Positions 23,079-36,594 of a DNA stretch of 64,000 nucleotides are shown here, one piece after another. The DNA is taken from the NCBI GenBank assembly GCA_025594325.1, contig JANHCV010000005.1, forward strand, positions 248,001 through 312,000. Reading direction: 5' to 3'. Source of the stretch: Blastocladiella emersonii ATCC 22665. Lineage: Eukaryota; Fungi; Blastocladiomycota. The notes beneath the pieces were generated by a model that ran no database searches, had not been told where the DNA came from, and saw nothing but the letters and a program-made list of their open reading frames with translations. The first letter of the stretch is position 1, and the number at the start of each line of letters is the position of its first letter. Made by a program: the position numbers and the translations under genes.

Positions 23079-25016
23079 TCAGGTCCCGCGCTTGGTGGCG
23101 CCGGACTTGGCCACGCCGCGGGGGATCGAGGCGCCTGACTGGTTGGCCGACAGGGCCGGATCGCCACGCGGGAGCGTCGAGGCCGTCGTGGTAGCGGTCC
23201 CGTTGTTGCGCCACATGGACACGGACTGGGTCGTGGTCCCACCGGTCGTCGACCCGCGCAGCGAGCGGTTATCCGCGGACGCCTTCGAGAAGGCGCGGAC
23301 CATGTTGAAGAAGGACTGCTGGATCGCGAGGTTCTCGCGGATCATGCTGGGCTGCTCGACCGTGGCCTTGGACAGGTCAATGGACCCGAAGTCGGTCTCG
23401 GTGATGTGGTGCAGCTCGCGCGTGACGCGGGCGAGGCTGCGGCTGAACCCGAGCGCGAACATGACGCCGAGCAGGACGCACGCGACCAGGAGCCCGAGCA
23501 CTGCGCCCGCCGCGCTGTACCCGCTCTGGTTGATGTCGTGCATCACCTCCTCCTCGTTCATCACCTGTACGATCACCCAGTTGACCGTGTTGCGCTGGAT
23601 CGTCTGCGTGTTGACCATCCACACCAGGTTCGTGTCGTTGAGCGCGCGCACGCGGAGCGTCGTGTTGGTCACCTTGGCCAGCGGCGTGCCCGCGTCCGTC
23701 AGGTACTTTTTGAGCGCCGACAGGATCAGGTCCGACTTGATCCCCGCGAGCTCCGACAGCGTGAAGGGCATCTGCGGGACGCCGAGCGTGTCGCGCTTGA
23801 AGATGTCGAGCGACGCCGACGACGTCCCGATGATGTACTCGGTCTTGGCCTCGAACGCGTACATGAGCGTGGGCCGCGTCACGGCCACGGTGCGCTCGTT
23901 GAGCAGCTGGTTCATGAACGTGAGCTCCATGTCCGTCGACACCACGCCAATGTACCGCCCCTGCGCGTCGTACATGGGCCGCGAGCACGTCAGCCAGCTC
24001 ACCGACGACCACACGTACACGGGCGTCCACGACACCTGCGCCGGCTTGGCCGGGTCCACGATCGTCACCCAGTCGCCCGTCGACCCGTTGTACGCGAGGT
24101 CCGACCCCGTCACGGCCAGCACCCGGTCGTTGACGTCGATCCGGTACTCGGTGTAGTTGTTGCCGTTCGTCTCCCACCGCGTGTACACGCGCGACGTCGC
24201 GTTCTTGGGGTTTGTGAGGGACTACGTTCGTGCGCGGAGGTGAGTGTTCGGTCGGCGAACGAGAGAGCCAGCGCACGCACCGTGTAGTACCCCCACAGCT
24301 CGCCCTGCGCCGTGGTGAAGCTCTGGGTGACGACGAGGTCCTGGTTGGCCTTGAGCCGCGGGAACAGCTGCTTCATGGCCGCGGCCTTGTCGTTGAGCTG
24401 GAAGTTGCCCTTGGCCCAGTTGGCCTGCTGCAGGCCCGACAGCCGCTCGGCCGTGTCGACGTGGATCACGATGCTCGTCACGGCGTGGTCGAGCAGCGCA
24501 CTCTGCAGCTGGTCGGCAAACTGCTGCGACGTGCTGATGCCCGCCGTGTGCGTAAAGTACCTACACAGACGGCATCAAACGTCAGCGGAAGGCGGAATGA
24601 ATGCGTGACACGTTGGCGTACCACGACAGCGGCGCAACGAGGAGCGACATGCCGACCATGAACGCGGTGAAGATGATCCCGAACGGGACGAGCACGGCGG
24701 GCCGCTTGAGTGTTGACGCCGACGACGACGCGGTGCTCGCGCGCGACGACCGCCGACGCAGCCGCGCCATGATCTCGGTCACCGACGGCCGCTGCAGCCG
24801 GACGGTCGGGTCGGACGAGAAGGACGAGCGCGAGAACGAGGCCCGCGCCGACGCCTTGATGCGCGACGCCAGGTTCGGGCTCGGCGGCGACGTCGGCTTG
24901 AGCGGGGCGACCGAGTCCTCGGCCTCGTGCGCGTGCGGCGACGATAGCGGGATGTCGCCGCTGGCGTCTTGGATAGGTGGCGGGGATGCGGGTGGAGGAC
25001 CAGCAGGGGTCGACAT
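23079..25016 (-). CDS. TM-dCache-like-TM-HAMP sensor protein without catalytic domain, 3 exons
   Basis: N-terminal TM. VSWTPVYVWSSVSWLTCSRPMYDAQGRYIGVVSTDMELTFMNQLL is a Cache-type motif. Second TM, then FSRSLARVTRELHHI..SMIRENLAIQQSFFNMVRAF (HAMP-like) and a short tail. Confidence 0.7.
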
Positions 25017-25551
25017 GGTGATGGCGTATGGTTTGTTTCCAGGGGGGTGATGGTATATCTCGAACAGTTGACTAGACGACGCGACTGCCATCGGTCAGTC
25101 GACGGTGCATCCCCGAAACATTCCCGTCCGATGCGATGATGTGGGAGATGAGCTGCACCTTGCAACGATAAGGTCAGTCAGTGCGTGCACTTGCCGGAGC
25201 TCCGACTCGGGTCTGCATAGGCGTTCATATTTGTTCGGCGCTCGGAGCATGCGGGTCGAAAGGGCAAGCTTGTGCCGTGGTTTCGGCACGCGCTCGGCTG
25301 GTGGACGCGAGACATCACGTGTGGGCGTGCGAGACGCGTCGCGCCACCTGGGTGCGAGACATCGCGGCGCTGATCGGGCTCGAGACGAGAGCGCGGGCTG
25401 GGAGAGGCAATCAAGTGGCACGCCGTCCAGCGGGCTGGACAAGAATTCGATTCAGAGTGGTGGTAACAACTATAGTGAGACAAAAGAGTAGGACAGAGGG
25501 GGAGAAGGGAACACACGACTGGGGGTGAGGTATTCATAGAGGAGCGCGGAT

Positions 25552-28065
25552 CTACTCGAGCGACGTGAACTTGAGGTAGAAGTTGAGCGACATGGCGGCG
25601 AAGAGCGTGAGAACGACGAACGTCGGCCCGCCGCGGTCGTCGTAGGGGCCCGACTCGCGGTTGCGGATCTTCTCGGCGCGCCACAGGAACAGGTACAGGC
25701 CGTACGCCATGATGGCCATGGCGTTGAGCGTGAACACGATACCGGCGATCTGCGCGACGCGGTCGCCGAAGTTGAGCAGGCCGAGCGCGAGCCCCGCAAT
25801 CACCGATGAGAAGTGCATCCACGCCAGGAACGTGCGCTCGTTGGCGAAGAAGACCTTGGGCTCGACGCGCACGGGGATGATGATCCGCTTGTTGTTCATG
25901 AGCGCCGGGATCAGCGAGTTGGTGTCGGCGCCGCTGAGCCCGCCCGCGGGTGCCGACGACGACGACGCCTCGGCGGCGGCCGCCGCGGCCGCAGCAGCCG
26001 CGGCAGCACGGCGACGGCGCTGCGACGACTCGTTCTTCTCGCGCACGTGCAGCTTGCGCACCAGCGACGTCATCTGGTCGAGGATGCCGCGGTTCTTCTT
26101 GACGCGGCGCTCGCCGGTGCCGTTGAGCAGCGCCGTGTTCTCGTCGGCGCCCGAGTGCTCGGCGGCGTCGTCGCCGCTCTCGTCCCCGTCGTGGTCGCCC
26201 GAGGCGTCGTCGTGGATGCTGATGGCCGTGTGGCTCGACGAGGGGCGGCTGGTCGACGCGGACGCGACGGCCTTGCCCTTCCCCTTGCGGACGCGCACCT
26301 CTTCGATGCCGAACTCGCCCATGTCGCGGGCGAGCGCCTGCTGGTGGGCCTCGTACTCGGTGAGGGTCTCGGGGGCGGGCTTGCGGATGTCATTGTGCAT
26401 CTGCGGGAGCCAGAAGGGGAGCAGCGAGACGCGGTGCTCGATGAGGGTGGCGCACCCGTGAATGAACTTGGAGAACTTGGGCACCTGCTCGACGAGGTGC
26501 GACTCGATGAGCTCCGTGACCCACGCCGGCGGCTCGGCGCCCAGCTGCGTCTGCAGCTTGACCTCGAGCACCGCGTACGGGAACCGGCACACGTCCGCGT
26601 CGTCGAGCTGCGTGAACGGCCAGTCGGTGCCAATGTCCATGCGGCGCCAGTTCGAGCCCGACCGCTCCTTGCCGTCCATGTTGTCCTCGCGGACCATGGT
26701 CAGCTCCGTGTCGAGGCTGATGCGCACGCGCGCGTCGCCGGGGAGCTGGAACGCGGTGCGGTTGTCTGTCATGAGGGGCGGCGTTAGCGAGGGGGCCTCG
26801 GGAGGCGCGCGCGAGTCGTGAAGCAGCGAGAAAAACGTACAGAAGGTGCGCATGGTCGGCTTGAGCTGCTTGGTGAGGATGGCGTCCTGCATCTCGGACG
26901 AGAGGGCCTCGAGGGCGGCGAGCTCCTTGTCCGACTTTTGGCCGCGCTCGCGCAGCTTCTCGATCTGCTTGTCCATGGTGTAGGTGCCGGCGACGTAGTC
27001 GTTGACGTACTTTTCCTTGAGCGGGAAGCGCTCCTTGACCGATTTCTCGCCCGTCCAGTCTACGCGGACACGGGTCAGCAGCAGTTCACGCGCGCGCACA
27101 GCGAGCAAAGGGTCAACGTACCCTCGCGGTGGGTCTTGCGCTCCATGAAGATCTCCTGGTTCTTGACGGAGCCGTACCAGCGGAAGCGGATGGCCTGGGC
27201 GCCCTCGGTCTTCTCGAGGCGGCCGCGGTAGAGGTCGAACTGCTCGTTGTCAAAGTAGATGGAGGTGATGGCGGGGTCGTAGTCCTTGGCGGACCCGAAG
27301 ACGAGCACGGGCAGGTTCTTGAGGACGCGCAGCTTGACCTCGGTGACGTTGTCGGGGTGGACCCAGTACTTGGTGGTCTTGCGGACAAACGACTGCGAGC
27401 CGCCGTCGGCAGCCACAGACTTGCGGTTGGTCTCGCCGCCGTTGCGGACCGTGTCGTAGAGCTTGGACAGCTTGAGGATCAGCGGGTCAAAGTTCTCGCG
27501 GTAGAAGGGGTTGGCGCTGAGCTTGGCGATGAACATGGGCCGCAGGTGGAACGGCGTGTGCTTGTCGTGCTTCTTGAGGATCTTGAGGAAGCCCGTGTAG
27601 TTGAGGCGGGCGAACTTGGCGAGCTCGTTGGTCTCGGTGGTGATGCGGGTCAGCTCCTCCTCGACGCGCTGGATGCGCGTCACCTGCGGGGTGGCGGTCG
27701 GGTTGGAGATGATGTTGTTGATGATGGTCTCGCAGTGCTGGGCGCGGCTCGACAGCTCGCCCGACTTGATGCCCTGGAAGTTGACCACCTTCTGCAGCTC
27801 GCGGTCGAGCAGGTCGATGAAGGCCTTCTCGAGGTCCTCGGGGCACTCGGCGCCGAGCTTGGTCATCTCCTTGAGCTGCTTCTTGAGGCTGTCATAGTCT
27901 GCGTAGTGGGAGGGTGCGGGTGGGCGCGTCAGAACGGGTCGAGCGACGCGGTCGCGGTCGCGGACGTGACGCGGCACGACACCGCGCGACGGCAGCGAGC
28001 GTACCGATGTAGTAGAAGCGCCACTCGGGGTACTGCACCGTCTGGAGGTGCGCGCCAAACTTCAT
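25552..28065 (-). CDS. VTC4: Vacuolar polyphosphate polymerase (SPX + VTC + DUF202), multi-exon
   Basis: [105 protein letters not shown]. Confidence 0.95.
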
Positions 28066-28821
28066 GGTTGGTTGGTGCTAGCAGGGCAGGGCACGGCGGC
28101 GACGATCAGCATGGAATCCATCGAAGGGCGCCGTGAGCGCAGCTCGTGCGTGCAAGCTTACATGGAGCGGTGGTGGTCGGTAGTCGCGTTGCAAGGACAA
28201 GGACACTCCCAAAATTCGTCGGCAACTAATGAAGAAAGGCGAGGGGGTGGTGGCGGGGGAGAGCGAGCGAGGAACGGGGCGCGCGGGTGGGAAACGAAAA
28301 CGTTGTCGGGTCGCTTCTCCTCGGCCTTCTGCGGTGCTTCGCCACCCCGCCGACGCCAACTACGCCCGCTTTCCATTCCGCGCCGTGCCGCGAGCGAGCG
28401 TCACAACGGCCCGATACTCCGTGCAACGCCGATTGCCTGCCCGGTCCCCGCCGACCCGCCACAAGCGGACCCTTATCCGTACTCTAGCAAACCGCTGAGC
28501 TTGCCCCACGGTTCGCCACCACCACGCTGGCGAGGACCGGCTTCTGCCACGGCGCGGGCGTAGTCGGGAGGGCGTGTCCCTTGTTCACCAGCGAGCGGTC
28601 GCGGCAAGTCGGGTTCGGGTCGCGCACGCCCACGCAGTTCGCGTGCACGAAAACGTTTTTCAGCGTGGCGTCGTCGGTGATGCAACGGGTTGCCGTTGCT
28701 GAGCCACCCTCCCGCCCTCATGGCCGCCCTGCCGCTTGCCTGCCCTCGCCGCCCCAACGCGTCGCCGTGCAGGATAAGCTCAAATTCGGCCCGGCTTCAT
28801 CGTCATTAGTCAACCTCCGCG

Positions 28822-30487
28822 TCACGACGACAGCTCGAGGATCCGCGTCGACGCGCTTGCCGCCGCCGACGATGCCGACCCGGCTTCCGCTTCTGCCCGA
28901 CTGCCGCCGTTGAGATCCAGCTCGCCCGCCGCCTTGAGCAGCGCGCACATCCCCTTGTGCTGTTTCCACGCCTTGACCTGGCACGCGCGCGAGCAGTACC
29001 ACTCGGCGCGGCACTGCGAGCACCGGTGCTCGGCGACGGTCCCGCACCGCGCGCACCGCGGGTCCGCGTCGAGCAGCGACTCGAGCACGTGCACGTCGTA
29101 CGTCGCCGAGAGCTTGGCCGAGTACGCGCGGTTCGCGTCGTCGGTCCACGCGCGGATTTGGGAGGAGGCGAGTACCTTCCAGTCGGCGCGGACGGGCGCG
29201 GTGAACGCGGGCAGCGACTCGACCAGGATCCCGAGCGACGCCGTGATGTGCCGCCGCGCCGCGTCGTCCGGGTCCGTCCCCGACAGCTGCAGCGTCAGCA
29301 GGTACCGGTACAGCGGCTCGAGGAAGGGGAGCTGCGTCAGGAGAGTCGGGTTGCGCTCGAGCTGTGGCACAATCTACGCGTTTTGAGGGGAAGGAGTAAG
29401 TGAGCAACCGCGTCGTCAGCCGCCACGGTCAAGACGTACCCGAAGCAGATTCGCGCGACGGTGCTCGGTCATCTCGTACCGGCGCTGGACCTGCTCGTCG
29501 AGCAGCAGATTCACGAGCGTCATCCACAGCTGGCCCTCGACCTTGGTCACCAGCATCGCGTCGTCGCCGGTGCGCGCGGTCCACTGGCCGTCCATGTACA
29601 CCTCGACGCCGAGCGCGGGTTTCGCGAGCCTGCGCTCCCACAGCCGCGTCTCGAGGACCCGCACCAGCGCGTACAGCGCGTCGCGCGTGTTGACGAGCCG
29701 CGCCAGCATCGCCACGGGCAGCTGCGGCAGGTGGTGCGTGATGTGGCACAGGCACGCCAGCGCGTGCCACCCGGTCTCGTACTCGAGCTTGACCCGCTGG
29801 TCTTCGAGGACGGCGTGCTCGGGACGCGACAGGAGGTCCGTCACGGACTGCGACGCGCCCGCGGCGGTGGTGGTGCCGGGGATGGGCGGGTCCGAGTTGA
29901 GGTAGTTGAGCCGGTCCAGGACGTGGTCGATCAGGTCCGTCATGCCGTCGCCCGCCGCGTCGATGCCCTCGGGCTTGAACATGACGCTCTGCAGCAGGTT
30001 CATGTCCGTCGCCTCGCGCTGGATCTACTCGTTGCGGAGAGTCGAGGTCAGAACTGCTTCCTAAGACTTCGCGTCGCGTCGCTACGAACCAGCGAGTACG
30101 CAATGACCGACGCGTGCCGCGCGAGGTGCTTCTTGACGAGCGGGTACACGTGCTTGGTCCAGGTGCGCGCGACGATCATGTCCTCGATGAGCACGGGCAC
30201 CTTGCCGAGGTGCAGCACCGCGTCCGACACGGTCTCGCCGACACCCTGCCGCACGTTGAGCGCCGCCTGGATCGCGAGCTGCTCGAGGCTGACGTGCTGT
30301 GCGAGCCACCTGGTGCGGGAGCGGCGGTGAGTGTCTGTGGGTGAGGAGGGCGGGTCGTCGGGAGAACGCACTGCTCGTCGCCATAGGTGTCAATGTTCGA
30401 GACGCGGAGCGCCTCGACCAGGCGCTCAACCTGGTGCGCGGGCATGCGCTCCAGCTCGTCGTAGGGGTGACTTGCGCTCGTTGCCAT
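28822..30487 (-). CDS. ZMYND10: Zinc finger MYND domain protein 10 (axonemal dynein assembly factor), multi-exon
   Basis: N-terminal WLAQHVSLEQLAIQA..GKVPVLIEDMIVARTWTKHVYP, central VTKVEGQLWMTLVNLL, C-terminal MYND CARCG..RCSQCRAEWYCSRACQVKAWKQHKGMC. Confidence 0.85.
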
Positions 30488-30703
30488 TGGTTATGCTTTC
30501 ATGTAATGCGTGGTGTTGAGCAGCAGGGAAGAGATCGAGCGGGCGGAACGAGCCGAGCCGTGGGATCGGCGCGCGCGGGGAGGTGGCGCGACGCGTCGCT
30601 CGCCCTGGTCACGTCCGCAACCTGTCACCCTCGCGCGGAAGTTGGCGAGTCAAAAGTCGTAGCTATATTATACACGATAGGATGCTGCACAGCACTGCTG
30701 CTG

Positions 30704-32346
30704 CTACCCAATGTAGTTGACGACGCGCTTGCGTCGGGACACGAGCACCTTCTGGTAGCGGTAGTAGAGGCGCACCGCGTCCTTGCACGCGATGAAGGCG
30801 CAGCCGCCGAGCACGGTACGCATGAAGGTGGTGGGCGCGACCTTGGTGAAGCCCGGGACCACTTTGGCGAGGAGCCAGCCCGTGGACGCCGACAGGGCTA
30901 GATAGGGGGGTGCGAGATGAGTCAGCACGGCTGCGCGTAACAGTACGAGGTCGAAGAATGCGTACCGGGAGCGAGGAGAGCGCCAACGACGAGCCGGCCG
31001 AGGTCCGTGCGCTCCGAGAGGCGGAGGTCGATGCGTGCCTGCTCGCGGCGGGCGAGCGCCGCGTCGCGGTCCGTGGCAGAGAGCGACTCGGGGGCGAGGT
31101 GGTCTTTTTCGTCGTCGAGGAGGAGCGGGAGGAGGAGCGACTCGGAGAAGGCCTTGTGGGCGTGCGAGTAGACGTAGCGGACCCACGGCAGCATGACCAT
31201 GGTGGCGACGGGCGACGGCGGCCAGTCGAGGTTCACCTCCTTGATGTTGAGCAGCCACAGCGGGAGGAGCGGGAGCACGTTGTCGAGGGCCTCGAGCCGC
31301 GAGAAGATGAGGACGACGGGGATCAGCGGCAGGCCCGCCCACACGCGCCACCCCCACTCCGGGTTCGACAGCCACTCCTCGGCGTCGGGCCCCGCGACGG
31401 TGAGCAGCGCGTAGACGCCGTACGTGGTGCTGAGAAACAGGCCGGCGAGCCCGGCGCCCGTGAACAGGACGTAGGGGACCGACGCGGACAGCATGTTGTC
31501 GACCTTGTACATGAAGTACAGCGCCGTGTTGGCGGGTGACAGGATGCGGTAGGGCGTCTGGCACTGCGGGCACCGCGGGTGGTCCTGGTCCTTTGAGGTG
31601 ATGAACTTGAGCAGGCACGGCTCGTGCGTGTACCCAAGCGAGCCCTTGCACTTGCACGGCTTGACCCACCGGTCCGTCGGCGAGTCGACGTAGTCGACGT
31701 AGCAGATCCAGCACCGCACGTCGGGCGCCATTTCGGGGGTGATGATGGGCGCGTCGAGCGAGGCGCGCAGCGCGCCCGACGCGGACGCGGACGCGGACGC
31801 GGACCGCGACCGGCCGCGGATCGACGGCGTCGCGGTGACGGGGGCGGATGAGGAAGGCGCGACCGCGGCCTGCAAGTCGCGCGGGTCCATGGTCTCGAAC
31901 AGCGCCAGCCCTTCCAGGATAGCCGCATTCACATCCGCGGACGACGGCGGTCCTGTTGGAGCCGAGGTCGGGCGGGCGCCGAGCGGCGAGGCGGACCGCG
32001 ACGAGGTGCGCGATCCCGGCGCGCTGCTGTGCGGGAAGCTGACGGCATGCTCGGGCGGCGAGTGGGCAGCTCGCGTTGGCGAGGCGGTCTCCGGCTCTTC
32101 GTCATCGTCGTCCGAGTCGGCGGCGTTGCGCGATGCGTCGGCGCGCTGATCGGCGGCCATCTCGGACTCGAGGTCCTCGAGCGAGATGCCCGAGCGCATG
32201 ACGGCGGCGGTGGGCGAGGGAGGGGCCCGGCTCTGGCCGCGCGACGACGAGCCCTGGTCGCCGTCGGCAGCGCCCTCGGCGGCGGCGGGCGGGTCGGCGC
32301 CCGTGGAGACCAGCAGCTGGAAGCGCGGCAGCTGGAAGTTGGACAT
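30704..32346 (-). CDS. RING-CH membrane E3 ubiquitin ligase, MARCH5/MITOL-like, 2 exons
   Basis: CWICYVD..WVKPCKCKGSLGYTHEPCLLKFI..CPQCQTPY, several TMs, and C-terminal RTVLGGCAFIACKDAVRLYYRYQ..RVVNY. Confidence 0.8.
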
Positions 32347-32790
32347 GGCGGCGGCGGCGGCGGTGCGTTGCAGAGAGTGGGTGGTGGTTGATACGTTGTA
32401 GCGTGCCGTTGGCTCGCGGGTTGGGGCAGCGGAGAAGGGGAGGGAAGCGAAGCGGATTCGACGGCAGCGAGAGGTCGCGGAGTGGCGCGTTGTGGCTGCG
32501 CGAGCGGCGGGTGTGGCGCACGTGCCGGGCGAGTCCGCCGAGTCGGGCCCGCTTTGGCTGCGGAACCGCCCGCCGACCGGCTGCCTGCCCCGACTCCGGC
32601 TCCCCCCTCTCCGACCCGCCCTCCCTCAAGGACGGCACCCGGACGCAACACACCCCACGCAACGCAACGTAAAGACACAGCGCGAGCGCCGCCCGCCCTC
32701 CTGCCGCCTGCGCCCCCATCCACGACAACCGGCCTGGCTCCAGGGGTCGCCCGCCTCCCCGTTCCCGCCGTCCTCCCGTTCCTTCCCTCC

Positions 32791-35700
32791 ATGCAGGACC
32801 CGCTCGCCATGATGGGCTCCAACGACGACACGGCCAGCTCCTCGGCCTTCTACGACACGGACCTGCCCGCCGCGTCGGCGTCGCACCAGCGCACGCCCTC
32901 GCTCGACAGCGCGACACCATCCACCTCCGCCTCGGCCTCGGCCACCTCGCTCGCCGCCGACCCCCACTTTGCCGACGTCCCGATGTCTACGGACGACGCG
33001 CCGCCCATGCCCGCGCCTGCATCCTCACGGGCTAAATCGGGATCCTGTGGCACCGGCGGCCGGTCCAAGAACAAACCCGTCCCTGCCGCTGGTGCTGCCG
33101 GCGCCGGCCTCGAAGACGTCACCGACCACGCCGCTGACGACGACGACGGCGGCCACGACGAGGGCGCCAAGAAAAAGTACCGGATTACCAGGGTGCGTTC
33201 CTCTCCTCCTTGTGTCTCGGTGCTGCGCCCGTGGCGCTGCGCGGGTCGCCGCCGCCGCAGCCACACTCGACTCGAGCTCGGATTCGGTGCTGACCTCCAC
33301 GGCGCTCGTTTCGTTTCTCGTCTAGGCCTGTGCGACGTGTCGGTGCGCCTCATCCCTGCCTTCTCGCGACCCCGAGTAGCGCCCGTCGACTAACCTCCTG
33401 TGCCCCCGCCCCCGCCCGCCCTTGTTCGCAAACGCGACCGCCCCCCGTTCGCGAATCTTCATGCAGCAATCGCCGGGTACGCCGCCGCACCACCCGCCGC
33501 CCGACCCCAACCGCCTTCCTGACTCGTCTCTTCCGCCCTCGCTCTAGAAAAAATGCGACGGCGAGTACCCTTGCGGCCCGTGCATCGAGCACAACCGCAC
33601 CTGCGTCTTCACCCCCGCCAAGCGCCGCGGCCCGCCACCACGCCACACGGTCGCCCCGCCCGAGCTCGTGCCCAGCCTGCCCGGCTCCAAGAGCGCCGCC
33701 GGCGGCAAGGGCAAGGGCGACGCGAGCGACGCATGCAGTGAGCCACGCCGCCGCAAGCGCTCGCCGTCGCCCGCCCACGCGGCAGCGCCCGCCCAGCCCT
33801 CGTCCGACGCCGGATCGTCGGCCGACCACGCCGCCGCCCCGGCTGCCGCGGCTGCTGCTGCGTCGTCCTCGGATCCGTCAGCTCCTGCTACGTCCGGTGC
33901 CGCGGCGGCCGCCCCGCGCCTCGCTGTCCCGCCCATCACCGCCACCGGCATCACCGCCGCTCCCTCCATGGGCCGCGAGGACATGCTGCGCGAGGTCAAT
34001 GAGCTGAGCGAGAAGATGACCCTGGTCGTGTCGCTCGACGAGCAGGGCAAGACGGCCCACATCTCCAACCTCGGCCACGCCGGCGGCCTGCACCTGTTCC
34101 GCAACTGGACCCGCACCTTCCGCTCGTCCGACGGCCTCGTCTACATCCCGGACCTCAGCTGCTGCCACCCGACGCTCGCCGAGCTCACCGTGCACAAGAT
34201 CCTGTTCCCGAACGCGTCCTTTGTCGAGCTCATGGTCAACTTCTACTTTGACCAGGTCCACCCGTTCCTCCCCTTCATCTCGCGCGCCAAGGTCGAGGCG
34301 CACCTCGCCTCCGAGACCCCGTCGTACGTGCTCCTGTACGCGGTGCTCGCCGTCGCCAGCCAGCAGTTTGAGCGCCGGTACCGCCTCGGCCCCGTACACG
34401 GCGTGCTCGTGTCGCACCTCCTCATGGGCCGCGCCAAGGCCCTGATCCAGCCCATGCTCTCGTCGCCCACGCCGTGCCTGCTCAACATCCAGGCCCTGCT
34501 GCTCATGGAGATTGCCGACCGCGAGTCGCCGCGCGGGTCGCCGTGGCTCATCTCGGGCATGGCCATCCGCATGGCGCTCGACCTCGGGCTCAACCTTGGG
34601 ATCCCCGACTCGTTCAAGGAGCGCAAGCTCGTGTCGATCCCCGTGTGGTCCAAGACGTGGATCTACTGCTGCGTTGTCGACTCGCTCAACTCGTTCCTCA
34701 CCGGCCGCTCGCACATGATCTCGGACGCCGACTCGGTCCAGGACCTCGAGGAGTGCCTGCTCAACGAGACCAACATCGAGGCGCACGGCGAGGCCGAGCT
34801 GATCCCGCAGAACCACTTCTTCGTGTGGTTGTTCAAGCTGTTCGAGATCACGGGCAAGATCGGCCGCACCATCACGTCGATCCGCATCCGCCGCAACCTC
34901 CCCTACTCGCTGCCCGAGCTGCACTCGCTGCTCAGCAAGTACCGCGCGCAGCTGCCCAAGTCGCTCGTGTACGATTTCGAGCGGCCGCACAAGAACTCGA
35001 TCTTCGCCGTGCACCTCAACCTGCTGTACCTCGGCACGGTCATCTTCCTGTACCGCACCGTGTTCGCGTGCAACCTGCTCGTGACGAGCCCGCTGCGCGT
35101 CGAGTACATGCGGATCCTCGAGTCGTCGGTCGAGGCGATCCTGACCATCTTCGGCGCGCACCTCGACACGGTGCACCTGACGCCGCTCCCGCTCGGCTAC
35201 GCCTTCGACCTCATCTTCACGGTCTGCGTGATCCTCATGTCCCACGACGCCGAGCGCAACAAGTCCAAGACGGTCCGCATCCTGTCGCAGTGCCTGCAGC
35301 TCCTCGACTCGCTCGCCACGGCGCAGCCGCTCCTCCGCCGCCTCGCCACCCTCGGCAAGGAGCTCCTCGAGTCCATCACGGGCACCGTCCAGGACTGCGA
35401 CCGCGACCGCCAGCTCCTCGTCGACCACATCGAGATGATCAAGGCCAGCGAGCAGCGCGTCGCCGAGTGGGCTACCGACCCTCTCGTCGAGCGACGCGAG
35501 GCCGACCTCGCGTTCGTCGGACACCTCTCGGTCCCGCGCAACGCCGCCGTCCCCGGAAATGCTGCCGCTGCCGCTGCTGCGGCGGCGGCCTCCGAGGCGA
35601 GTGGCATGCCCCCGCCGGCGTGCACCCCGCACCCCTCGACGGCCGCGACCCCGGCACCGATCCCCATCCCGGCCGCGGCATCGCAGCAGCAGCAGGCGTC

Positions 35701-36565
35701 GATGTGGTCGGTCGCGCCCGACACGGCGTCCTCGCTCGGCACTAGCGCGCCGTCGGCGTCGTACACGCCGGCCAGTTTCGCGCACGCCGCGCAGGTGTTC
35801 CCCGGCCCGCCCTCGCCGCCGCCGCAGCACCACCACCAGTTTGCGGCGCCGTCCATGGACCAACACCACCACCAGCGGCACCAGCACGCGCACCCGCACG
35901 TCGGCATGGTCGGGTTCCAGCACCACCCGCACCAGCACCACGCGCACCACGACCAGTACGCGCAGGCGCGGCCACCGCAGCCGCAGCAGCAGTTCGTGTA
36001 CGCGTACTCGACGCAGGCGATGCCCGGCGGCAACCCGGTGCCCGTGCCGATCCAGGTCCCGGGACCCGGCCACCACCACCAGCACCCTCACCAGCACCAC
36101 GCGATGCAGCACCACCACCCGCACCACCCGATGGCCGGCCACGTGCTCGCAGGCAGCCCGCCGTCCACCAGCGCGCCGATGCAACACCCGCCGTCGTACG
36201 TGTACGCGAGCGGCATGGCGACGTACATGGCGACGCCCGTCGGCCCGCCGCAGCACCTGTACTCGGCGACGCCCGCGCCTGCATCCGCGCCGAACCAGCA
36301 GCCCGCGGTCTCGAATGCGGCGGGCAGCGGGTGCGGCGGCGCGACCGGGTTCCAGCCCATGCTCGGGTCCGCGTCGGTCCTCGACCTCCCAACGTTCCCC
36401 GCCGAGCTGTTCACCAACGACGTGACCATGCTCGAGACGCCCGCGGCGGCGGCCGCGCCCGGCGGCGGGCAGCACCAGCAGCAGGCGGCGCAGCAGCAGG
36501 GCGGCGGCGGCGGAGGTGGGGGTGGGTCGGGCGACAGCATGTTTGACTTTTCGTTCCGCGGATGA
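32791..36565 (+). CDS. Zn(II)2Cys6 fungal transcription factor with Fungal_trans domain and Q/H/P-rich tail
   Basis: Zinc cluster split over introns (KYRITR / ACATC.. / KKCDGEYPCGPCIEHNRTC). Also YFDQVHPFLPFI, IQALLLM, WLISGMAIRMALDLGL, SFLTGR. The start codon is uncertain. Confidence 0.88.
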
Positions 36566-36594
36566 GGGAGAAGCGGATCAGCAGCAGTTTTGAC

